Shown piece by piece: positions 1-7,798 of a DNA stretch of 29,592 bases. Origin of the DNA: Candidatus Saccharimonadales bacterium. Lineage in GTDB: Bacteria > Patescibacteriota > Saccharimonadia > Saccharimonadales > UBA4665. The position numbers and the translations under genes were made by a program. The notes under the pieces are model-generated. The model did no database searches, was not told the origin of the DNA, and saw only the letters and a program-made list of their open reading frames with translations. The stretch is taken from contig DATCYV010000112.1 of the NCBI GenBank assembly GCA_036526215.1, positions 1 through 29,592 on the forward strand, given 5' to 3'. Within the stretch, counting starts at the first letter, position 1. Every line of letters begins with the position of its first letter.

Positions 1-2
1 GC

Positions 3-116
3 GAACCAGACAAGACCAAAGACGCCCAGCAAACGATCGTTAATGCGCTCATTGGGTTGGCGATTGCTATTACAGCTGCCGCCTTCGTATCATTTATTGG
101 TAACAGAATAGGCTAA
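3..116 (+). CDS. VirB2/TrbC-like pilin, C-terminal fragment (5' end outside window)
   Basis: Manual translation EPDKTKDAQQTIVNALIGLAIAITAAAFVSFIGNRIG*; matches the AK-TI-YA-IGL + hydrophobic tail of the four downstream paralogs. Confidence 0.7.
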   Translation, partial: EPDKTKDAQQTIVNALIGLAIAITAAAFVSFIGNRIG

Positions 117-121
117 AACAC

Positions 122-436
122 ATGGAGCTATTTACACGAACACTAGCGGCAGTACAAGCCGAGACAGACCGCGTAAAGACGGTAATCGATACCGGTCCTC
201 TGCCAAAAGTAACAGCCGATTCCGGCAAAATCCAAACCATCTTATCAACAGTGTTCGTTATTACCGGTGCGATTGCTATGCTAGTTATCACTATTGCCGG
301 ATTTCGTTATAGCATTTCGCACGGCGACCCCAAGCTTATTTCGCAGTCAAAGAATGCTATTTTATATGCGGTTATCGGGCTCGTCGTTTCTATCTCGGCG
401 TTTGCTATTATTAACTTTGTGATTACGAGGCTCTAA
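122..436 (+). CDS. VirB2/TrbC-like (T4SS-type) pilin
   Basis: Two hydrophobic segments joined by GFRYSISHGDPKLISQSKNAILYAVIGLVV. Confidence 0.8.
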   Translation: MELFTRTLAAVQAETDRVKTVIDTGPLPKVTADSGKIQTILSTVFVITGAIAMLVITIAGFRYSISHGDPKLISQSKNAILYAVIGLVVSISAFAIINFVITRL

Positions 437-822
437 TGATGAAGTATCTTCGGACTATTGTTGCGTCCCTGGCGGTACTTTTTGTGCTTGCGCCGGCATT
501 GCCCGTGGCAGCCCAGACAAATGTTTTTAACGATGTTTGTAGCGCACCTGGCTCAAACACTTCCGCGGCCTGCCAGACCAGCCACTCCGACCCCTTAACC
601 GGCCCCAGCGGAATAATTACCAAAGCGACGCAAATCCTTGGCTATATTACCGGCGTGGTATCAATCCTGCTCATACTTGTTGCGGCGGCCATGTACGTAA
701 CTTCTGGCGGCGATTCTGGTAAAATCCAGTCAGCAAAGTCGACGCTTACCTATGCTATTGTTGGGCTTGTGGTGGTTGTGCTCGCCCAAAGCATCGTTGT
801 GTTTGTGCTTCGTAATTTATAA
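436..822 (+). CDS. VirB2/TrbC-like pilin with signal peptide
   Basis: Signal peptide ending PVAA, Cys pair, TM hairpin with YVTSGGDSGKIQSAKSTLTYAIVGLVV; TAATG overlap with upstream stop. Confidence 0.85.
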   Translation: MMKYLRTIVASLAVLFVLAPALPVAAQTNVFNDVCSAPGSNTSAACQTSHSDPLTGPSGIITKATQILGYITGVVSILLILVAAAMYVTSGGDSGKIQSAKSTLTYAIVGLVVVVLAQSIVVFVLRNL

Positions 823-832
823 AGGATAGGCT

Positions 833-1222
833 ATGAAACGATTATTACTTCTTGTACTTACAATAACAACGCTCAGTCTTGGCGGCCTTGTTTTTCATGC
901 CGCCCCCGCCCTGGCTGATGCCAAGGCCGACATTTGTAACGGCGTGGGAGCGGTGAGTGGCGCAAATGGCTGTGATACGCCCACCGGCAGCCCTAATGTA
1001 AACAGTGTGATTAATAACATTGTTAATATCTTTAGCGCATTTGTGGGTATTCTTGCTGTTATTATGATTATTTATGCTGGTTTTCGGTATGTAACAGCTG
1101 GTGGTGATTCTGGAAAGGTATCAAACGCTAAAGCAACGCTCATTTACGCTATAGTCGGCCTGGTTGTTGCTGGTTTGGCGCAGGTCATCGTGAAATATGT
1201 CATCGTAAACGTTATTAAGTAG
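833..1222 (+). CDS. VirB2/TrbC-like pilin with signal peptide
   Basis: Signal peptide ending ALA, Cys pair, YVTAGGDSGKVSNAKATLIYAIVGLVV; AAAGGA upstream. Confidence 0.85.
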   Translation: MKRLLLLVLTITTLSLGGLVFHAAPALADAKADICNGVGAVSGANGCDTPTGSPNVNSVINNIVNIFSAFVGILAVIMIIYAGFRYVTAGGDSGKVSNAKATLIYAIVGLVVAGLAQVIVKYVIVNVIK

Positions 1223-1311
1223 GGAGTAGCCTATAGTTGTGTGGTGGTTGAATGGTACGAGCGTTTCGTGGTATATATAAGGATAAGAAAACGCTTAAGA
1301 AAGGAAGCAGA

Positions 1312-1731
1312 ATGTTTAAGAACTTTCGAAAATCGTGTGCTGCGTTGATCGCCGGCTTGGCGCTCGCCGTTGTACCTATGGTGGCACCAGTGGCGGTGCA
1401 CGCTGCTGACATCGGTGGTAAGTTAAAGTGTGGTTCAAACCTTGATGCCTCAGGTGCGAACTGTAACTCAAGCGTTTCAGCGGGGAGTACTGGCCTGAAC
1501 AATGTCATCACCGACATCGTGAACATCTTCTCGATGATCGTAGGTATTGTATCGGTTATTATGATCATCTACGGTGGCTTCCGTTACGTGACGTCGGGTG
1601 GTGACTCGGGCAATGTGAGCTCGGCCAAGAACACCATCATCTATGCCGTTATCGGTCTAGTAGTGGTCGCCCTTGCCCAGTTCATTGTACAGTTTGTACT
1701 CGACAAGGTTACCGCAATCGGTCAAGGCTAG
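1312..1731 (+). CDS. VirB2/TrbC-like pilin with signal peptide (start moved to MFKNF)
   Basis: AAGGAAG upstream of ATG 1312; signal peptide ending AVHA, Cys pair, YVTSGGDSGNVSSAKNTIIYAVIGLVV. Confidence 0.85.
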   Translation: MFKNFRKSCAALIAGLALAVVPMVAPVAVHAADIGGKLKCGSNLDASGANCNSSVSAGSTGLNNVITDIVNIFSMIVGIVSVIMIIYGGFRYVTSGGDSGNVSSAKNTIIYAVIGLVVVALAQFIVQFVLDKVTAIGQG

Positions 1732-1755
1732 CCTTCTTTCGTAGCTTAAAAGATA

Positions 1756-1788
1756 GAAAAATCACTCCGTTTCCCGGAGTGATTTTTC
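1756..1788 (+). terminator. Intrinsic terminator after the pilin array (potentially bidirectional)
   Basis: GAAAAATCACTCCG-TTTCC-CGGAGTGATTTTTC perfect inverted repeat. Confidence 0.8.
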
Positions 1789-1815
1789 GTTGCGCCTTCC
1801 CTCTTTGCATGGGCA

Positions 1816-1852
1816 CTAAAAAACACCACTTTGCACAAGTGATGTTTTTTAG
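1816..1852 (-). terminator. Intrinsic terminator after Hsp20
   Basis: CTAAAAAACACCACTT-TGCAC-AAGTGATGTTTTTTAG; the single mismatch becomes a G-U pair on the minus strand. Confidence 0.7.
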
Positions 1853-1867
1853 ATGTCGCTCAGTGCT

Positions 1868-2347
1868 TTAAAGAACTTGAATCTTCTTTACTGTGTCTTG
1901 CTTGACCTTGGTAAAGCTGATTGTTAGAACACCGTCCTTAAGGACAGCTTCAATCTCTTCTTCTTTAACCGGCACTGGCAAAGCAATGCTACGAGAGAAT
2001 TCACCCCAGTAGCACTCTTGAACGAAGTAGTTAACTACGTCGTCTTCGTTGCCGGCAGAAAGTGTGCCGCGAATGCTTAATGTATTATCGGCGATGCTTA
2101 CGTCTAGGTCGTGCTTGTTAACGCCCGCAGTGCGAGCTTTAACGACAAGCCGTTCCTTGGTTTCGTATACATCAACAGCGAGCTGACCCGGTAGGTCTTC
2201 GCTTTCATCCCACTCATCATTAACGACTGCTGGCCCTTGGGCGGCTGCCGGATCGGCAGCGACGGGAGCGTCATCGTCACCTAAAAAGGCGGCGGTTAAC
2301 TCGTCCTCTTCCATCAGCAGGTCGTCGTCGCGATTGCGTCGCGCCAT
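1868..2347 (-). CDS. Hsp20/alpha-crystallin small heat-shock protein
   Basis: VDVYET, ECYWGEFSRSIALP, AVLKDGVLTI motifs; GGAGG upstream; acidic N-terminal arm. Confidence 0.9.
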   Translation of the reverse strand: MARRNRDDDLLMEEDELTAAFLGDDDAPVAADPAAAQGPAVVNDEWDESEDLPGQLAVDVYETKERLVVKARTAGVNKHDLDVSIADNTLSIRGTLSAGNEDDVVNYFVQECYWGEFSRSIALPVPVKEEEIEAVLKDGVLTISFTKVKQDTVKKIQVL

Positions 2348-2474
2348 AGTTGTTACCCTCCACAGTTATTTCAGCTTGATCTTGCGTTTTTGTGTTAATA
2401 GCAGTATAGCTTAGCTGTTAAGGAGTTCGCAACTCCAAAGCAGATATTTACAACACAATAAACACAACGAACAT

Positions 2475-3086
2475 ATGCTTGAACAAATAATTAGTATGAT
2501 AACTCCCTACGAATGTCTTTCTTGCGGCAATGAAGGGCCGCTTCTCTGTACTGCCTGCCAAAAACACCTTCCATGTGCGGCTGATGCCGGCGCGCCAAAG
2601 GATGCGTTCGCGGCAACAGTGTACGAGGGTCATGCAGAGCAGCTTGTCCATGCGCTCAAATTTGAACGTGCAAAGGCGGCCGCCGACGTGATAGCGCAAG
2701 TTATGAATGAACGCCTGCCTGATTGCAATATTGACCTAGTAGCGTATGTGCCCACGGCTAGCACGCGGGTGCGAATGCGGGGTTACGATCAGGCGGCGGT
2801 ACTTGCCCGTCGGCTTGCTCGTATGCGCCGTGTGCCCTTCGCTCCCCTTCTGGCACGGGTCGGCCAGCAAAGACAGGTAGGGCAACGACGTGCGGCCCGC
2901 TTGCGGCAGCTGCAAGAGGCGTATCGGCCACTGCGTGTTGGCCTGCTGCAACATAAGCGGGTAATGCTAGTTGATGATGTTATTACAACAGGCGCTACGT
3001 TGCATGCGGCTGCCGAAGTGCTCAGGCAAGCAGGCGCCGATGCGGTTCTGTGCGCTGCTTTTGCTGCCGCTCCGAAAAGACCGTAG
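2475..3086 (+). CDS. comF: ComF family protein (Zn finger + phosphoribosyltransferase-like domain)
   Basis: CLSC...LCTAC, RGYDQA and LVDDVITTGATL motifs. Confidence 0.9.
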   Translation: MLEQIISMITPYECLSCGNEGPLLCTACQKHLPCAADAGAPKDAFAATVYEGHAEQLVHALKFERAKAAADVIAQVMNERLPDCNIDLVAYVPTASTRVRMRGYDQAAVLARRLARMRRVPFAPLLARVGQQRQVGQRRAARLRQLQEAYRPLRVGLLQHKRVMLVDDVITTGATLHAAAEVLRQAGADAVLCAAFAAAPKRP

Positions 3087-3124
3087 TCAAATCATCGGAC
3101 ATCTGTTATAATCACCTCTGTTAA

Positions 3125-3214
3125 GGAAGGGTGTCCGAGCGGTTTAAGGAAACGGTCTTGAAAACCGTCGTGCCGGAAACGGTACCGTGGGTTCGAATCC
3201 CACCCCTTCCGCCA
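3125..3214 (+). tRNA. tRNA-Ser (TGA)
   Basis: GGAAGGG/CCCTTCC acceptor, ACGGT-CTTGAAA-ACCGT anticodon arm, long variable arm, GTTCGAATC, encoded CCA; TGTTATAAT at 3104-3112. Confidence 0.95.
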
Positions 3215-3246
3215 ACGTACATTTCAGGGTATAATAGCCCTCAGCT

Positions 3247-3339
3247 GGAGAGATACCCAAGCGGCTGAAGGGGCGGCTTTGCTAAAGCTGTAGGGGGGCG
3301 CGAGCTCCCGCGAGGGTTCGAATCCCTCTCTCTCCGCCA
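3247..3339 (+). tRNA. tRNA-Ser (GCT)
   Basis: GGAGAGA/TCTCTCC acceptor, CGGCT-TTGCTAA-AGCTG anticodon arm, long variable arm, CCA; TATAAT at 3230-3235. Confidence 0.95.
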
Positions 3340-3381
3340 AACAAAAAACACCCAAGGTGCTATACCGGGTGTTTTTTGTTT
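3340..3381 (+). terminator. Intrinsic terminator after the tRNA-Ser pair
   Basis: AACAAAAAACACCC...GGGTGTTTTTTGTT inverted repeat. Confidence 0.75.
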
Positions 3382-3424
3382 GGCGCCTTTTATTGCCGGC
3401 AAGACTTGGTGTACAATAACGCTT

Positions 3425-4003
3425 ATGAAGGTGGACGACGAGCAAAAATCCACGCCCCCACGCGGCGAAACTACAGGCTGGCGTTTTGCGGCCGAGCCGC
3501 AACATATAGATGCAACCCCTCAGCCAGGCATGGGCGGTCAGGTGCCGCACGATGTCGAGTGGACGGCTTCGGAGTTTGTGGCTCATGGCAAGGGCACCGG
3601 CTGGTATGCAGCCCTGGGCGGCGTCGCAGTTGTTGCTGCTGCCCTGGCGTTCTTTTTGTTACACGATATCGTCTCGTCGATCATTATTGTTCTGGTTGCG
3701 GTGCTTCTTGGCGTGGCCGCATCTCGCCAGCCGAGGGTATTGCACTACCAGGTAAACGAACACGGCCTGTCGATGGGCCAAAAGTTTTACCCTTACAGCG
3801 AGTTCAAGTCGTTTGCCGTTATGGAAGAAGGCGCTTTCTCGAGCATTATGTTTATGCCACTCAAGCGCTTTATGCCACCAATCAGTATTTATTACGCCCC
3901 AGAAGATGAAGACCGCATTGTGCAGGTCTTATCGTATTATTTGCCCATGGAAACACGTACCCACGATGCCTTTGACCGGCTCGCGCGCCGCATCCGCTTC
4001 TAG
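3425..4003 (+). CDS. Hypothetical membrane protein (two TM helices, C-terminal soluble domain)
   Basis: EWTASEF..H.K..GWY, two hydrophobic helices; start moved to ATG 3425, 7 nt after TACAAT. Confidence 0.75.
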   Translation: MKVDDEQKSTPPRGETTGWRFAAEPQHIDATPQPGMGGQVPHDVEWTASEFVAHGKGTGWYAALGGVAVVAAALAFFLLHDIVSSIIIVLVAVLLGVAASRQPRVLHYQVNEHGLSMGQKFYPYSEFKSFAVMEEGAFSSIMFMPLKRFMPPISIYYAPEDEDRIVQVLSYYLPMETRTHDAFDRLARRIRF

Positions 4004-4014
4004 GCCCTCCTGCT

Positions 4015-4830
4015 CTACTCTTTTACGTTGCGATTAAGCGCGACAATATATGGCTTGTTGTCGCTGAGGTTGGCCGTTAGCACAACACGCACACAGGCGA
4101 TGCTGTCGGCATTGCAGTCAGAGCCGTTCATGGCAGTTACCCGGTAGCTAAAGCAGCCAGGTGAGCGGGCGTCGATAAGCACCGGATTGCCCTGCTGGTC
4201 GGTGCAGCCGAGTTTTTTATTCCACTGCGGATCAACGAGGTCCATAATAGCGAAGCCGTTCTTGGTGTTTGCAAAGCCAGCATTGTTTATTTGCGCAATG
4301 AGCGGATAAGTCTTGTTGGTTATGTAATAATTCTGCAGTTTGATCGCAAGCTGGTCGATGCGCTGTTTGCGCGTGGCGTCAAGCTCCGTAGCATTGGGCT
4401 GAGCGGTTGCTTGCTGTTTTGGTTTGTTGCCCGCTAAAGTCTTGTATGCAAAGTAGCCGCCTATCCCGATTCCAAGCAAGACGAGCGAAGTAAGTAGTAT
4501 GATCAAGAGTTTTCGCCAGCTCTGCTTGCCGTTTGGCTTGTCGTAGGCTCTAGGCATCTTAAACTGCGGCTCATCCGGTAATGGCAGCGAGGTGCCATTG
4601 TCCGCCGTTGATGTTGGCAAATTAGCGGCAGGCATACCATACGCTTGCTGACCGCCTGTTATGTCTGTGGCTGGTGTTGAGGGCTGGGCCTGCCCCACCA
4701 TACTAAACGCGCGATCAATAAGCGGCTGCGGCCAGCCATTCTGCGCTAGGGTGGCACGAATGGTCTGCTCCGGCACGCCGTACCGAAGCTGCTGGAGCAC
4801 GTAGATGATGAGTTCGTTATTGTCGTCCAT
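4015..4830 (-). CDS. Hypothetical single-TM protein with type IV pilin-like extracytoplasmic domain
   Basis: Small helical N-domain, Pro-rich linker, TM, DATRKQRIDQLAIKLQNYYITNKTYP, four Cys. Confidence 0.7.
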   Translation of the reverse strand: MDDNNELIIYVLQQLRYGVPEQTIRATLAQNGWPQPLIDRAFSMVGQAQPSTPATDITGGQQAYGMPAANLPTSTADNGTSLPLPDEPQFKMPRAYDKPNGKQSWRKLLIILLTSLVLLGIGIGGYFAYKTLAGNKPKQQATAQPNATELDATRKQRIDQLAIKLQNYYITNKTYPLIAQINNAGFANTKNGFAIMDLVDPQWNKKLGCTDQQGNPVLIDARSPGCFSYRVTAMNGSDCNADSIACVRVVLTANLSDNKPYIVALNRNVKE

Positions 4831-4938
4831 ATTGCCTGCCAGGCCTCGTACCTCAAAGTAATTGCGCCAAATTATACCATAGATAAGGCGACTTAGCGAA
4901 CTATTACCTCGAGACGGTAAGTTTGTTATCCAGAAAGC

Positions 4939-4958
4939 AAAAAGCCTCCGAAGAGGCT
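4939..4958 (-). terminator. Terminator after tRNA-Arg
   Basis: Minus strand AGCCTC-TTCG-GAGGCT-TTTT. Confidence 0.75.
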
Positions 4959-4971
4959 CTAATACAGAATT

Positions 4972-5048
4972 TGGTACACCCGGCAGGATTCGAACCTACG
5001 ACCTTTGGCTCCGCAAGCCAACGCTCTATCCAGCTGAGCTACGGGTGC
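4972..5048 (-). tRNA. tRNA-Arg (GCG)
   Basis: Reverse complement GCACCCGTAGCTCAGCTGGATAGAGCG-TTGGC-TTGCGGA-GCCAA-AGGTC-GTAGGTTCGAATCCTGC-CGGGTGT-ACCA. Confidence 0.93.
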
Positions 5049-5139
5049 ATAATTTGTGCAACAGAGGTAATATTAGCACAAGTGAACGATAATTGCTAGC
5101 CCCACGGCGTTCAATCTGCTACAATAACCGAAGTTAATT

Positions 5140-5230
5140 GGAGAGGTCGCATAGTTGGTCTAGTGCGCCGCACTCGAAATGCGGTATAGGGGCAACTCTA
5201 TCGAGGGTTCGAATCCCTCCCTCTCCGCCA
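5140..5230 (+). tRNA. tRNA-Ser (CGA)
   Basis: GGAGAGG/CCTCTCC acceptor, CCGCA-CTCGAAA-TGCGG anticodon arm, long variable arm, CCA; TGCTACAAT at 5117-5125. Confidence 0.95.
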
Positions 5231-5237
5231 TGCCAAG

Positions 5238-5260
5238 AGGCTCCTGCAAAGGGGCCTTTT
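5238..5260 (+). terminator. Terminator after tRNA-Ser(CGA)
   Basis: AGGCTCC-TGCAAA-GGGGCCT-TTT. Confidence 0.55.
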
Positions 5261-5263
5261 AGT

Positions 5264-6385
5264 TTAGCTTGTGGTTGTTGGTGGCTTATCGTGGCCTTTG
5301 CCCTGCTCTTTTTGGTGTTCAACGGGCTGCACCGGCGGTTCAGAAATTGGTTCAGCCAGTGATTTCTTGTCGCTAGCTTGTTCAACAGACTCTTCATGTG
5401 ACACTTTGACAAATTGGGCAAGCAGATACCCTGCCACACCTAGGCCGATTAGCACCAGCCCGTAATCTACCCACCAATTACGCAGGTCGGCCGTAATGTT
5501 AGTAATGGCTGTTATAATCTTTGATTGCAATTCGGCGTTTTGCTGCTCAGCAAGCTTATTGCTGACAGTCTTAAGCAGCCATCCCGTCAGCAGGGCGAGC
5601 CCAGCGCTCACTGCCCCGATGCTCAAATACGTAAACGACGCCCGTTTGACGCCGCGCTGCCATGGCCGGCTCAAGACAATAACTGCGACGGTCAGCAAAA
5701 CAGCCAGTAAAACGGCCACCTGCGCTCCATATTTAACAACTTTATAAGATGTAGCCAGCGGCTTCAGCTGATCTTGCAAAGACTTGCCGTCTTGTGCCAA
5801 CGTACTCGGCGTAACAGTGCTGTTCTTGAAGGCGTCGCTAGTCTCGGCTTGCTGCCGGGCTGTGGCCGCAATCTGTGCTGGCGTTACGCCTGGAGGCAAA
5901 CAGCTGACCGTAAACGGATCAATATTCGTCGTGTTCATATCCCTCAGCTCTTGCGGTGTACAGGCTGGTAATGTTGCTGCACGCTGACTGGCTTGGTCGG
6001 CCAGGCCGTTTACGAGTTGCGATTTAACTGAGCTAATGTCAATAGAAAATGATAGGTTAGGCGTCTTCCCTTGCATCCAGTTATAGATGCCCTGTACTAC
6101 GGTGTTGGTTTGCTGTTCAAGATACGACGGCGAAACGGCGCTATTAACTGCCTTCTGCAATGCTTGTTGGCCAGACGTATCGAGCTTGGCGCCGGTTTGC
6201 GAAGTTGCTTGCTGGACGATGTTTGCCGCAATAGTATCGTATATGCCGCTCTTTTTGAGCGTACTTTGAAGCTTGCCGGGCGAGCCAAGTGTTTGGTTAA
6301 TACTAAAAAGCGCCCCGAAGGCCAGTAGTGTAACCGGCAGGAGCGCGCGGGCAATAACAATAGTGAGTCTGCGCAGTATATTCAT
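5264..6385 (-). CDS. Hypothetical multi-pass membrane protein with large extracytoplasmic domain
   Basis: N-terminal TM, about 190-aa Gln/Ser/Thr-rich loop with a Cys pair, three C-terminal TMs; start moved to MNIL, 7 nt after TATAAT. Confidence 0.75.
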   Translation of the reverse strand: MNILRRLTIVIARALLPVTLLAFGALFSINQTLGSPGKLQSTLKKSGIYDTIAANIVQQATSQTGAKLDTSGQQALQKAVNSAVSPSYLEQQTNTVVQGIYNWMQGKTPNLSFSIDISSVKSQLVNGLADQASQRAATLPACTPQELRDMNTTNIDPFTVSCLPPGVTPAQIAATARQQAETSDAFKNSTVTPSTLAQDGKSLQDQLKPLATSYKVVKYGAQVAVLLAVLLTVAVIVLSRPWQRGVKRASFTYLSIGAVSAGLALLTGWLLKTVSNKLAEQQNAELQSKIITAITNITADLRNWWVDYGLVLIGLGVAGYLLAQFVKVSHEESVEQASDKKSLAEPISEPPVQPVEHQKEQGKGHDKPPTTTS

Positions 6386-6459
6386 AAGCATCATTATACC
6401 CTAACCCTTTCTGGCTAGTTAACGTTGCGTATTAACGGCTGAACTAGTATTATATGGCT

Positions 6460-7305
6460 ATGGATGAGAAGGGGTTGGGCCGCCGTCTTCAAGAGATGCG
6501 GGTTCGGTCAGGATTAACACAGCAAGCGCTCTGTCACGAGGCTGGTTTAAGCTATTCAACGCTGACCAAGATCGAGCGCGGCGCCATTAAGGCCCCCTCG
6601 ATTTTTACGATCCAAAACATTGCTGGGGCACTTGGTATCGGGCTCGACGAGCTTATGGGTGGCCCGGCCGGCAAGCCGGGTAAACTCAAGCGGACCTCTA
6701 AGAGTGGTATCACCTTTGTTTACTTTGATATCAACGGCTGCTTAGTGAGCTTTTACCACAGGGCGTTTACTCGTCTGGCCGAAGTTAGCGGCGCACCTGC
6801 CGACGTTATCGAGACCACGTTTTGGCACTACAACGACGAGGTCTGTCGTGGCGACATGACCATGGCCGAATTCAACGTCGCCTTCGCCAAAGCCATTGGC
6901 TTGCAAAAGCTCAACTGGCTCGAATACTACCTTGAAGCTATCGAGCCGATTGAAGCCATGCATGACCTCGTGCACTGGGCGAGCGAGAACTACAAGGTCG
7001 GTTTGCTTACCAACATCATGCCGGGCTTTGTGGATGCTATGCGCAAGCAAGGCATACTGCCCAACATCAAATACGACGCTATTGTTGATTCATCAGAGGT
7101 ACGAGCGATCAAGCCCGAGGCCAAGATATACGAAGTTGCCGCTCAAAAAGCTGGTGTTTCTCCCCCGGAAATCTTACTGGTCGACGACGCACGAACCAAC
7201 CTTATGGCCGCCGAAAAGCAGGGCTGGCATGTACTATGGTTTGATGATTATCGCCCAGAGGATTCTATTAAGCGTATCCAAGGCGCGCTAGAGCCGGCCG
7301 AGTAG
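6460..7305 (+). CDS. XRE-family HTH fused to HAD-family hydrolase
   Basis: GLTQQALCHEAGLSYSTLTKIERG HTH; FVYFDINGCL, LLTN, KPEAKIY and LLVDD HAD motifs. Confidence 0.85.
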   Translation: MDEKGLGRRLQEMRVRSGLTQQALCHEAGLSYSTLTKIERGAIKAPSIFTIQNIAGALGIGLDELMGGPAGKPGKLKRTSKSGITFVYFDINGCLVSFYHRAFTRLAEVSGAPADVIETTFWHYNDEVCRGDMTMAEFNVAFAKAIGLQKLNWLEYYLEAIEPIEAMHDLVHWASENYKVGLLTNIMPGFVDAMRKQGILPNIKYDAIVDSSEVRAIKPEAKIYEVAAQKAGVSPPEILLVDDARTNLMAAEKQGWHVLWFDDYRPEDSIKRIQGALEPAE

Positions 7306-7308
7306 TCT

Positions 7309-7746
7309 CTAGCTTATCGCTTTCGTGGTCTTCAACTTTTGACACGCCACGCACATGCCCTGGATCTCAATCTGGTGGCCAAGCGGCAGATAGCCGTGTG
7401 CGACCGCCAAGTTTTCTATAAACTGTTCGAGCTGTTGCTCGTTCAGCGCTACTGTGCGGCCGCATTGCTTGCAGGTAAGGTGGTGATGGTGATCGGCAAA
7501 TTGATCGGAGAGCTCAATCTTGTACTTCCAGCCGGTGTTAAGGCGCTGTACGATACCGAGCTTTTCGAACAGGTCGATGGCGCGGTATACGCTTGCCCGG
7601 TTGATTCCCCTGGCCTGCAATACGACTTCGCGCATGCTGAGCGGCTCGTGACCGACCAGCGCTAAAAACACGGCCATACGCGCCTTAGTAAGGCTGTAGC
7701 CGTGTTCTTTTAGCAGACGTACAAATACATCCTGAGCCGTTGACAT
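7309..7746 (-). CDS. Fur-family (Fur/Zur-like) transcriptional regulator
   Basis: RASVYRAIDLFEKLGIV, HHHHLTCKQCG and CVAC; TTGCAA-N18-TATGCT-N6-ATG fixes the start at 7746. Confidence 0.9.
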   Translation of the reverse strand: MSTAQDVFVRLLKEHGYSLTKARMAVFLALVGHEPLSMREVVLQARGINRASVYRAIDLFEKLGIVQRLNTGWKYKIELSDQFADHHHHLTCKQCGRTVALNEQQLEQFIENLAVAHGYLPLGHQIEIQGMCVACQKLKTTKAIS

Positions 7747-7798
7747 GCGGTGAGCATACCACAAATTGCGACATTTTTGCAATTATGTCTCTGACGAA

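Noticed and set aside
217-732. DSGKIQ hexapeptide in two pilins
   Set aside because: Non-equivalent positions, synonymous differences and short length; chance or ancient similarity
3312-5230. 28-nt near-identical direct repeat (GAGGGTTCGAATCCCTC-CTCTCCGCCA) flanking 1.9 kb, resembling attL/attR
   Set aside because: Both copies are 3' ends of complete tRNA-Ser genes and there is no integrase
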